Program-made: the position numbers and the translations under genes
In this document: piece by piece, positions 19,901 through 28,300 of the stretch
How positions within the stretch are numbered: the stretch's first letter is position 1
Layout of the letters: each line of letters starts with the position of its first letter
Assembly: GCA_016235555.1 (NCBI GenBank)
Contig: JACRKC010000004.1
Span: 83,978 to 147,977, forward strand
Origin: Verrucomicrobiota bacterium
Lineage (GTDB): Bacteria; Verrucomicrobiota; Verrucomicrobiia; Opitutales; Opitutaceae
DNA: 64,000 nt
Direction: 5' to 3'
Notes under the pieces: generated by a model
Seen by the model: the letters and a program-made list of their open reading frames with translations, nothing else
Databases searched by the model: none
Told to the model about the DNA's origin: nothing

Positions 19901-20225
19901 AGAACTGATTGCTGGCGATAGTGGCGGAACGGATGCCGAGCGTGGCGATGCCGGTGCCGCTGGTGAACGTGACCTGGCCGGCGGCGTTGACGGTGCCGGT
20001 GAGCAGGCCGGCAACGTCGACGGTGCCATCGGCGCGAACGGTGGCGATGTAGCCGCTGGACGTGGACTCGGTGGTTCCGAGCACGGGGACGGTGACCTTG
20101 ATGTTGATCAAGCCGATGTAGGTGCCGGCGAACTGAGCCTGGGCGTGGAGCGACGGAGTGAGGACAGCAAGGCTGGCGAGCAGCGCGCCGGCCCGGAGGG
20201 ATCGTGGGAGGAATGAGGTGTGCAT
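16917..20225 (-). CDS. secreted multidomain protein P2: DUF642/choice-of-anchor-C-like, LamG, LCCL-like, 2x Ig I-set, tandem C-terminal module
   Basis: Signal peptide MHTSFLPRSLRAGALLASLAVLTPSLHAQA. DUF642-like: FQNGSFETGPNPG...ITGWRVTAGDIDYIGTAW...LDLSG...GPAIDNVRLD. LamG: LVTQLKFDGNTTDSAG...IDDVRIS. LCCL-like: VWGTDIYTDDSNVAKAAVHAGV. I-set: YQWRKDNVALPGAT...HSGNYTCTITNAAG. It ends SLVEVYDVP. Confidence 0.85.
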   Translation of the reverse strand: MHTSFLPRSLRAGALLASLAVLTPSLHAQAQFAGTYIGLINIKVTVPVLGTTESTSSGYIATVRADGTVDVAGLLTGTVNAAGQVTFTSGTGIATLGIRSATIASNQFSSNYGDVLGNGTTQFRFNGSTNFTAASGGGSTGGGSTGGGTGGGTTGGSSSGSSFQNGSFETGPNPGSSWISLASGATSITGWRVTAGDIDYIGTAWTNSDGVRGLDLSGVTAGAIAQTFTTTAGRNYTITFDLAGNPGFGAGTGVKNLTASVTGANGTTSLFSRGYTFDTTGKTLANMGWVNNSFTFVADGTSATLTFRSGTDGAYGPAIDNVRLDGSTGSAASGTTGGLVTQLKFDGNTTDSAGSANGTISGGVTYGTGVLGQAAQFNGTNGYVAFGTAALVSDQAPFSVSFWFKPTSAQLMVPLRLRTASTEFATRIGLNASDSSSLGASIYFGFRGSAGIISRDPRYYIASTLNQWTHLTFVFKGGNKSAAASWELIVNGESLALATTGTVGGSANANEIGRDGGGGSYVAGLIDDVRISTAATTVSAATALYAAVPTVTGVDLAPTNFTAYRNKVGQTFSFAVTGSTSGSVWGTDIYTDDSNVAKAAVHAGVVAVGETKTVAITILPGQSGYPATTRNGVASASWGAWSGSYSFAGATGSAGVPTAAPVAAYAPPATQSVAVGGRLSLSVTVGGVGPFTYAWFLNGTQIAGAVSASYTIASVSAAHAGTYTVRASNSAGTTTVNAGIVTVASAGSPSVTLQPLSKTVAPGARFSLLVSASGSGNLAYQWRKDNVALPGATQNVFEIQGATAVHSGNYTCTITNAAGTVTTAPATIAVTTTASRPANISCRTKLAPGGTVTPGFFVDGTGTKRVLIRAVGPGLGQFGLEGLVADPKFDLYRQSNNSIVASNDNYDATAAATFAPAGAFALPAGSRDAALVVSLQAGQGYSVQVSGAAGNSGIVLLEVYDLDAPATATNRLVNVSVRGQVGTGDDVLILGVVVGGTGKRTLLVRGIGPKLAAFGVQGTLSDPHLEIFDSNNRSVLDNDNWGAAPFVTEQALAANYVGAFALDTGSRDAATLALLDPGAYNIVVKGADGGTGESLVEVYDVP

Positions 20226-20310
20226 AAGACTGAAGCGCGGGTTGACGCGCGCAGTCTAATGCGGGCCGCGAAGCGCGGCCATACGCATAGGTGCGTAGGC
20301 TGGGATGATC

Positions 20311-20420
20311 GACCAGAGACCAAGGACCAGAGATCAAGAGACCTGAGACAACAAACCAGCCTGCGAAGTCCCGGCTGTCTTGGTATTCGGTATCCCGTCT
20401 CTGGTCTCTCGTCCTTGGTC
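20311..20420. repeat. word-palindrome hairpin between P3 stop and P2 start
   Basis: gaccagagaccaaggaccagagatcaagagacc...ggtctctcgtccttggtc. The arms are built from short ga/cca words. Confidence 0.6.
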
Positions 20421-20428
20421 CTTTTTCG

Positions 20429-22660
20429 TTACGGCACTTCGTAAACCTCGACGAGGGCGATGCCGGTGGTGCCGGCGACGCCGCTGACCTGGGCGGTGTA
20501 GCTGCCGGGGGCGAGGGTAACGAGGAGGGCGGCGTCGCGCGAGTCGGCGGGAAGCGCAAATGCACCGACTTGGGAAAAAGCCGAGGCCAACTCCGGGGTG
20601 CCGCCCCAATTGTCGTTGCCGCCGAGGCGCGTCGAGTTTGCACCGAACAGGGTGAGCTGCGGATCGGACACAACGCCGGGGACGTTGAAGGGGGCTGCGC
20701 CAAGCGTCGGTCCGATGGCGCGCACGAGCACGGTGGTGGTGCCGGAGCCGCCGAGAACAAAGCCGGCCGTCAGCCCGTTTCCGACAGGTTTGAGCACCGA
20801 CACGTTGACGAGTCGCGGGGTGGTCGCAGTGGAGTTGACGTTCGCGGTTGCATCGTAGATTTCGGCGAGCACCGAGCCGATGCCGCCGTCGGCTGAAGAA
20901 ATCCGCACGGAGTTGCTCCCGGCTGTGTAGTCGAGATAAGCGGCGTCGGTGGAGAGCGGAGATGAGAACGGAAACGCGCCGACCGACGAGAAAGCGTTCG
21001 CCAGCCTCGTTGTCCCCCCCCAGTTGTCGTTTTCGCCTTTGCGGTTGGTTCCGACAAACAGCTCGATCTTTGGATCATCGACCGGATTTGTGAGGCCGAA
21101 GATCCGGAGCGACGGACCGGCGGCACGAATGACCAACGATGTGCCGTTTCGCGTCAGGTGGCCGCCCACCACATAGCCGATGGTGAACGTCTCACCAGGT
21201 GATGCCAGAGCGGTGAGAATGGAGAGGTTGGTGATGCGGCAGGTCCGCTCGACGGCCAGGACAAAGTCCGGCGAGATGTCACCGCCGGCAGAATTCGAGA
21301 TGGTCACGGCGTAGACGCCGAGGTCGGACTCCTTGACTGGAGCAAGAGACAGGGTGTCAGAGTGATAATAGCCGTTTACTCCCAGGTTCGAGACGGTCGT
21401 CTTGATCAGGGTGCCATTCCGATACCACTGGAAGGTGACGGGGGTGTTGCTCAGGACCTGGGCGCTCGTGGAGTAGTTTTCTCCGATTCGCACCGTGCGG
21501 GGTGTCAGGGGCCAGGAACTGAAGGCGGCCGGTCGCAGGTTGGGGATGACCGTGAGCGTGGCGGGTGAGCTGGTGACCGAGCCGCCAGCGTTCGTGATCG
21601 TAACGGTGTAGGCACCGGCATCGCTGCGTCGCGCATTTTCGATCAACAGTTGGCTTTGAAGCAGCCGGAATCCCGTGGTCGCGGACGTGATCACCACACC
21701 ATCTTTCTTCCACACGTAGGTGGCATTGATCGACGAATCGCTCACCGCGATGATCGTGCTGCGCCCCTCATCGACGGTTTTCGACGCGGGCTGCTGGAGA
21801 ATCACGGGCGAAGGGGTCGGCCGCTGAACTGAAGTGCGCACCTCGAATTTCTTGTAGAACGACACGCGCATCGAATTCGCCGCGGTGACCGACGTGTATA
21901 ACCGGGTGCTGGACAGCGTGCCGTGGTAGAGGTCGCCCGGCGAACTCGGGAAGGTGAAGCTGAAGCTGGTGGCGGAAGATGAGAGGCTGCCGGAGGGCGT
22001 GGCATAGAAGATGGAGCCATTCGCGCGGGACAAGGTGAAGTTCACGTCGTCGCCAGTGGCGGTGTCCGGGATCGGCTGCCAGAGAATCTGCAGCTGACCA
22101 CCGGCCCACGATTGCAGTGAATCATAATTCGTAAATCGTGGAACGGCCCAGTTGTTGTCGTAGTAGCTCGGAAAACTGGTGCTGAAGTTGGAGCCGCCGC
22201 CGGAGACGGCGAGAGTGTAGGTGCCGGCGGAGGCCGCGGCATTCAATGCTGCGTGGTCGGCAAAAGTCTGCGTCCCGGCAAAGGTGGTGGTTCCGGGGCT
22301 GGAACTGGATGAACGTGCGAGCGACATGGTGGTGCCCGGCGTCGTGAGCGTCACCGAGGTCGCACTGGAAATGTCCCCGGGGAAGCGGACCGAAACTTCG
22401 AGGGAGGGTTTGAAAACCGAGAGGGTCGCAGCGGCCGTTTGCTCGTAACTGAATTTCTTGGTCACGGCCACTGTTTCGGGCGTTTGAGCAGGAAGCAGGG
22501 AGGCCGAGGCGAGGGCGGCGAGGGCGAGTGGCGACCGGAGCAATACCAATCGTCCGCCACTCTTGGACTGCGGGCCCGGCCGCTGGCCGGGCGCAACCGG
22601 CCAACGGCCGGTTCTACAACCAAGCAAAAGTCCAGAAGCAACCGGCGATTGGAATAACAT
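20429..22660 (-). CDS. secreted protein P3: N-terminal domain of unknown family, 2x Ig I-set, tandem C-terminal module
   Basis: This is the 3' part of the artefactual 1373-aa track ORF. The start is uncertain: either the ATG at 22660 (MLFQSPV...) or a downstream TTG just before VLLRSPLALAALASASLLPAQ. I-set: YVWKKDGVVITSAT...DAGAYTVTITNAGG. It ends IALVEVYEVP. Confidence 0.75.
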   Translation of the reverse strand: MLFQSPVASGLLLGCRTGRWPVAPGQRPGPQSKSGGRLVLLRSPLALAALASASLLPAQTPETVAVTKKFSYEQTAAATLSVFKPSLEVSVRFPGDISSATSVTLTTPGTTMSLARSSSSSPGTTTFAGTQTFADHAALNAAASAGTYTLAVSGGGSNFSTSFPSYYDNNWAVPRFTNYDSLQSWAGGQLQILWQPIPDTATGDDVNFTLSRANGSIFYATPSGSLSSSATSFSFTFPSSPGDLYHGTLSSTRLYTSVTAANSMRVSFYKKFEVRTSVQRPTPSPVILQQPASKTVDEGRSTIIAVSDSSINATYVWKKDGVVITSATTGFRLLQSQLLIENARRSDAGAYTVTITNAGGSVTSSPATLTVIPNLRPAAFSSWPLTPRTVRIGENYSTSAQVLSNTPVTFQWYRNGTLIKTTVSNLGVNGYYHSDTLSLAPVKESDLGVYAVTISNSAGGDISPDFVLAVERTCRITNLSILTALASPGETFTIGYVVGGHLTRNGTSLVIRAAGPSLRIFGLTNPVDDPKIELFVGTNRKGENDNWGGTTRLANAFSSVGAFPFSSPLSTDAAYLDYTAGSNSVRISSADGGIGSVLAEIYDATANVNSTATTPRLVNVSVLKPVGNGLTAGFVLGGSGTTTVLVRAIGPTLGAAPFNVPGVVSDPQLTLFGANSTRLGGNDNWGGTPELASAFSQVGAFALPADSRDAALLVTLAPGSYTAQVSGVAGTTGIALVEVYEVP

Positions 22661-22722
22661 GGTGCGTGCAAGCATCGATGGAGGAATGTCCCACGTTGCG
22701 ACCGGCGTTGCCGGCCGTGTGA

Positions 22723-24855
22723 TCACGGCACGTCGTAGACTTCGACGAGGGCGGTGCCGGTGGTGCCGCCGACGCCGCTGACCTGGGCGGTGTAGCTGCC
22801 GGGGGCGAGGGTGACGAGGAGGGCGGCGTCGCGCGTGGTGCTGGCGAGGGGAAACGCGCCGACGCTGGAGAACGACGCGCCGAGGGTGGGGTCGCCGCCC
22901 CAGTTGTCGTTTTCGTTGATCTTGGTGGCGCCGGTGAAGAGTTCGAGTTTGGGATCGGCGACGGCACCGGTGACGCCGAAGGCGGTGAGCGTCGGGCCGA
23001 TGGCGCGGATGAGCATGGTTTTCGCGGTCTGTCCGCCGACGTAAAAGCCGGCGATCAGCACGTCGCCGTCGAGGCCGACTTGCGTGCGCGCCGAGACGTT
23101 GACGAGGCGCGGGGTCGAGGCGGTGAACGCGGTGGCGGCCGTGGCGTCGTAGATCTCGGCGAGCGCGACGCCGGCCGCGGGGCCGCTGATCTGGACGGTA
23201 TAGGTGGCCGAGGCGATGTTGGGCAGGTAGAGCGCGGCGTCGCGCGAGGTCGGCGCCCCGAGGCTGAACGCACCGAGGGCCGCGCTGGCGGCGGCGACCT
23301 GGGCGTCGCCGGACCAGTTGTCGTTTTCGTTCAGCTTGGCCCCGGTGGCGGAGGCGTAGACCTCGAGCTTGGGATCGGCGAGGAAATCGGTGAGGCCGAA
23401 GGCGCCGAGCGCGGGACCGACGCCGCGGATCAGGATGGGCTTGCTGCCGGTGCTGCCGGCGCCGCCGACGGCAAAGCCGACGATGAGGGTCTGGCCGCCG
23501 GTGCCGGCCTGCGAGCGGATCGCCAGATTGCTGATACGGCCGGCGGCGGCAGCCGGAGCGGCGAGGGCGACGGCGGAAGCGTTGCTGCGCACGGTGCCGC
23601 CGGGGCTGGTGACATCGACGCTGTAGCTGCCGGTCGAGAGGCTCTGGGCCGTGAACACGTAGGAGGAACCCGTGGCGCCGAGGATGGGCGCGCCGTTTTT
23701 CTGCCACTGGTAGGTGAGCGCGCTGCCGCTGGCGGCGACCGACAGGGCGACGGTGCTGCCGGTGGCGACCTGCAGGGCTTGCGCCGCGGACTGGATGACG
23801 GGGCGGGCCGCGATCGTGCCCTTGCGGACGACGTAGTTGCCGGAGTCGGCAACATAGAGGCTGCCCGCTTGGTCGACCGCGATGGCGTAGGGGCGGGAAA
23901 AGCGGGCGACCGACCCGGCGCCGGTGGCGTTGCCGCTCACGCCGGGCGAACCGCCGATGGTGGTCACGGCGCCCTCCGGGGTGATCTTGCGCACGGTGTG
24001 GTTGGCGTATTCGCAGACGAAGACGTTGCCGGCGGCGTCCAAGGCGACGCCCGCGGGCGCGAGGAAGCGCGCGGCGGCGCCGGTGCCGTCGGTGCCGCCG
24101 GTGGCGCGGGCGGTGCCGGCGAGGGTCGAGACGACGCCGGCCGGCGAAATCTTGCGAATCGTGTGGTTGTCGAGGTCGGCGACGTAGAGATTGTCCGCGG
24201 CATCGATGGCGAGGCCGGTGGGGTGGTTGAACAACGCGCTCGCGCCGGGGCCGTCGGTGGCGCCGGTCGTGCCGGCGGTGCCGGCGATGGTGGTGGTGTC
24301 GCCCGCCGGCGTGACGCGGCGGATGGTGTTGTTGAGCGAATCGGCGACGTAGAGGTTGCCGGCGCGGTCGATGGCGGCGCCGACCGGGTAGTTGAAGCGG
24401 GCGGCGGTGCCGTTGCCATCGGCGCTGCCGGTGAGCAGGGACAGGCCGGCGACATTGACGACGTCGCCGGCGGGGGAGAGCCGGCGGACGTTGTTGGCGA
24501 AGGTGTCGACGATGTAGAGGTTGGCCGAGGCGTCGAAGGCGAGCCCCCACGGGGAGAGGAACCGCGCGGTGGCGGCCGGACCGTTGGCCACGCCGGCCAC
24601 GGTCAAGGAGCCGGCGATGGTGGTGACGGTGGCGTCGGGGGTGACCTGCCGGACGCAGCCGGTGTCGGCGACGATGAGGTTGCCGTTGGCGGCGACGGCC
24701 AGGCCGACGGGCAGACGGAACCGGGCGGCGGGGCCGGTGCCATCGCGCGGGGTCACGGATTCGGTCGCGCCGGCGAACGTGGTGAACTCGTAGGTCTGGG
24801 CGCCGAGGGAACCGACGAAGGCCAGGGCGGTGAGGGCGCTGCGGAGCGTGGACAT
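22723..24855 (-). CDS. secreted protein P4: NHL-repeat beta-propeller, Ig I-set, tandem C-terminal module
   Basis: I prefer the start MSTLRSALTALAFVGSLGAQ. It has repeated NHL units (GNLYVADSLNNTIRRVTPAGDTTTIAG...DG.G..A.F..P.G). I-set: YQWQKNGAPILGAT. It ends TALVEVYDVP. Confidence 0.85.
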   Translation of the reverse strand: MSTLRSALTALAFVGSLGAQTYEFTTFAGATESVTPRDGTGPAARFRLPVGLAVAANGNLIVADTGCVRQVTPDATVTTIAGSLTVAGVANGPAATARFLSPWGLAFDASANLYIVDTFANNVRRLSPAGDVVNVAGLSLLTGSADGNGTAARFNYPVGAAIDRAGNLYVADSLNNTIRRVTPAGDTTTIAGTAGTTGATDGPGASALFNHPTGLAIDAADNLYVADLDNHTIRKISPAGVVSTLAGTARATGGTDGTGAAARFLAPAGVALDAAGNVFVCEYANHTVRKITPEGAVTTIGGSPGVSGNATGAGSVARFSRPYAIAVDQAGSLYVADSGNYVVRKGTIAARPVIQSAAQALQVATGSTVALSVAASGSALTYQWQKNGAPILGATGSSYVFTAQSLSTGSYSVDVTSPGGTVRSNASAVALAAPAAAAGRISNLAIRSQAGTGGQTLIVGFAVGGAGSTGSKPILIRGVGPALGAFGLTDFLADPKLEVYASATGAKLNENDNWSGDAQVAAASAALGAFSLGAPTSRDAALYLPNIASATYTVQISGPAAGVALAEIYDATAATAFTASTPRLVNVSARTQVGLDGDVLIAGFYVGGQTAKTMLIRAIGPTLTAFGVTGAVADPKLELFTGATKINENDNWGGDPTLGASFSSVGAFPLASTTRDAALLVTLAPGSYTAQVSGVGGTTGTALVEVYDVP

Positions 24856-25094
24856 GAGGAAGGAGGGGTGAACTCGATCAGGGGCGCGCGGAGGGGAGCG
24901 CACGGCAACGCGGAGCCAGGCGCAAGCGCGATCCGGGCGATCGGGAAAACTTCCCGATCGTGGGCGGTGGAGGTGGACAACGGTTGTTCAATGCGCACCG
25001 CCGGTGGCGAGGGGTGGGGCGTCACGCGAGGGCGGCGCGGTGCGGACGGAGAGAATGCCAGGGTTTTCTGGAGGCCGCGTAAACATCCTCGGAG

Positions 25095-25255
25095 CAAGCT
25101 CCGGGAAACCTCCGTGTTCCGCGCCCAACCCCGCCGGTTTTGTGGCACGGGTCTCCTGACCCGTGATCCACTTTGCCACGGGTCAGGCGACCCGTGCCAC
25201 CTCCCAACCAAGGCGAGGCAGGCTTCGCGGTATCGGACCCACAGCGAATGAACTT
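25095..25255. repeat. palindromic repeat, GTGGCACGGGTCTCCTGACCCGTG family, extended copy 1
   Basis: Core gtggcacgggtctcctgacccgtg-atccactttgc-cacgggtcaggcgacccgtgccac (25142-25200). Both flanks match the reverse complement of the flanks of the copy at 35578-35732. Confidence 0.8.
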
Positions 25256-25369
25256 TGCGCGGGGCGGCGGCCGGGAGCAGGGCAGGATCTGTGAGCTGCC
25301 CCGCGAACACTCACCGCGCGAAAGGGCAGGTCACAGACCTGCCCCGCCTCGGAGCCCGTGCCACGTCGA

Positions 25370-28300
25370 TCATGGCACTTCGTAAACCTCGACGAGGGCG
25401 ATGCCGGTGGTGCCGGCGACGCCGCTGATCTGGGCGGTGTAACTGCCGGGGGCGAGCGTGGCGATGAGCGCGGCGTCGCGGGAGGTGGTGCCGGTGAGAT
25501 TGAACGCGCTCACGGACCGGAAGGCGGCGGTGAGATCGGCGGAGCCGCCCCAGTCGTCGTTGCTCGTGACGAGCGATTGCTTCGAGTCGAAAACCTGGAG
25601 CAGCGGATTGGCGAGCGTGCCGGTGACGCCGAATTGGGCGAGCGAAGGGCCGATGCCGCGGAGGAGAATGCGTTTCGGGACGTTGCCGTTGAGTGCGAAG
25701 CCGGCGATGAGAAGGCCGGTGCCGGTGCCGACTTGGGCGCGGGCGGAGACGTTGGCGAGGCGGCTGACGGCAGCGAAGGTCTGCGCGCCCGCAGGGGTCG
25801 GATCGGCGTCGTAGATTTCGGCGAGGACGATGCCGGACGAATTGCCGGACCCGGCGATCTGGACGGTGTAGCTGGCGGCGGGGAGGCTGCGCACGAGCGC
25901 GGCGTCGCGGCTGGCGGCGTCGAGCGGAAAGGCGCCGACGGTGGCGGCCGCGACGCCGATGGCGGGGAGACCGGACCAGTTGTCGTTCGAGTCGACGGTG
26001 GCATTGCTGTCGGCGTTGAGGAGCGTGATCTGCGGATCGGCGAGGGCGCCGGTGACGCCGAAGGCGGTGAGCGCGGGGCCGATGCCGCGGATGAGCAGCG
26101 GCTTGGCGGCGGAGCCGGTGAGGTTGAAGCCGACGATCAGGGTTTGCGCGCCGGTGCCGGCGGTGGTGCGCACGGAGAGGTTGACGAGGCGGCCGGGATT
26201 GAGCGGCTCCACGGTGATGACGGCGGGCGGGCTGGTGAGGGCGCCTTGCGAGTTCGTGATGGCGACGGTGTAGGCGCCGGCGGTGGCGAAGGTGGTGGCG
26301 GCCACGGAGAAAGTCGCCGCGGTCGCGCCGGCGATGGCGGTGCCGTCCTTGCTCCACTGGTAGGCCATGGCGCCGGTGCCGGTGGCGTTGACGGTGAGCG
26401 TGAGAGGGAGGCCGAGCACGACGATCTGCGATTTGGGCGCGAGGGCGATGGCGAAGGCCTCGGTGACGGCGCGGCCGAGGCGGCGGGCGTTGGCGCGGTA
26501 TTGGGGCCAGGGGCCGCCGGCGCTGCCGACGCCGAGGTCGATGGCGTAGAGTTTCTCGTCGTTGCTGCCGCAGTAGAGCATGGTGCCGGCGATGGCCGGG
26601 CAGGAGCGGATGAAATTGCCGGTGGCCCAGGTGCGCTTGAGCGTGCCGTCGGGATTCACGGCGTAGATCTTCTGGTCGTAGCAGCCGAGGTAGATCACGC
26701 CGTTGGCGTCGATGGCGGGAGAGCTGGCCCGCACTTCGTTGCCGAGGTCGAAGGTCCAGCGCACATCGCCGGTGGTGGTGGCGCGGGCGTAGAGTTTTTT
26801 GTCGTAGCCGCCGTAGTAGAGAGTTGAGCCATCGGCGCTGAGGGCGGGGCTGGACGAGATGTTGCCGCCGGAGACGGCGCGCCAGCGCAGCGTGCCGGCG
26901 GGGGTGAGCGAATAGACGCCGCCGGTGAGCGTGCAAAAGTAGAGGTTGCCGGCGGCATCGATCGCGGGGGCGGTGTAGACGCCGGAGTCGGCGCGGAAAT
27001 TCCACTTCGGCGTGCCGTCGGGGTTGATGGCGTAGAGGCGCGAATCGTTTTCGTCGGAGCCTTGGTAGATGGTGCCATCGGCGCCGACGACGGGACTGCC
27101 GTAGAAGGAGGAGAGGGGCGCGTTGACGGAGGCCTTCCATTTTTCGGTGCCGTCGGCGGGGTTGATGGCGTGAAGGGAGCCGTCGGCGACTTTGAGGTAG
27201 ATGGTGCCATCGGCGCCGATGGCGGGGCTGTTGGCGGCGGGATTGGTGACGGTGGTGGAACCGTTCGTGATGTTGAAGCTGTGCGTCCATTTCGTGGTGC
27301 CGTCGGGGTTGACGGCGTAGAGGAGGCCATCGTTCGAGCCGACATAGACGGTGCCGTCGGCCGCGAGGGCGGGCGAGCAGGTGTCGATGGAGCCGCCGGT
27401 GGTCTTGCTCCATCTGGGGGTGCCGTCGGGGGCGAACGCGTAGAGCGAGCCGTCGGTGCTGCCGACGTAGACGGTGCCGTCGGCGGCGACGGCGGGTGCG
27501 CCGGTGATCACATCGGTGGCGGCGGCCTGCCAGACGGAATCGTTGAGGGTGAGGGCGAAGCTGCCGACGGCGCTCTTCGCATCGACGCTGATGCGGTAGG
27601 TGGTGCCGGCGACGGCCTCGACGGTGCACAGCGCGGCGGTCACCCCGGTGGTGGTGGACAGGTTGTCGTTGGCCGTGACGAGGCTGAGCGAGGTGAGGGC
27701 GTCGCCAGTGTAGACGGCGAGGAGGGGATCGAAGTCGGTGCTGGTGGCCGCGAATTGAAAACGGCCGGAGCGCGGTGCGGTCCAGCGATACCAGAGCGAA
27801 GTGCCGCCGGTGAAGGTGAGGATGCGGGGCTCGCCGGTCTCGCGGGTGCAGTTGGCGTTGGTGGCGAGGACGAGGTCGCTGGAGCCGGTGAGCGCGACCG
27901 GCGTGGCGAAGGCGTCGTTGGCGGGCACGGAGCCGAGATTGAGCAACGTGAGGCCGGTGGCGCCGTTCTTGCCGTCGACGGCGATGAGATAGGTGACGCC
28001 GGCCTGCGCGGTGAAATCGATCCGGCTCGTGGTGGCGGGGCCGTCGTTGTCGTTGCTGGCGACGGGGGTGAGCCCGTTCGACAGGCTCAGAGCGGGCGCG
28101 CCGGGAAGAGCGGTGTAGATGGCGAGCAGCGTGTCGTAGCTGCTGCCGGTGGTGGTCACGCGCACGGCGGCGGTGGTCGAGGGCGTCCACTCCCACCAGA
28201 GCGACGTGCCGCCGGGCAGGCCGGCGTGGGCGGGCTCGCCGGGCTCGCTGGCGGCGCCGGTGTTGTTGGAGCGGACGAGGAAGTTGTCGCCGATGAGGCG

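Noticed and set aside
20429-24550. A single 1373-aa minus-strand ORF spanning two genes
   Set aside because: Only the C-terminal 743 aa (20429-22660) is real. Upstream of it the frame runs out of frame through P4 and yields an R/P/H-rich nonsense translation. P4 (22723-24855) occupies a different frame with NHL repeats.
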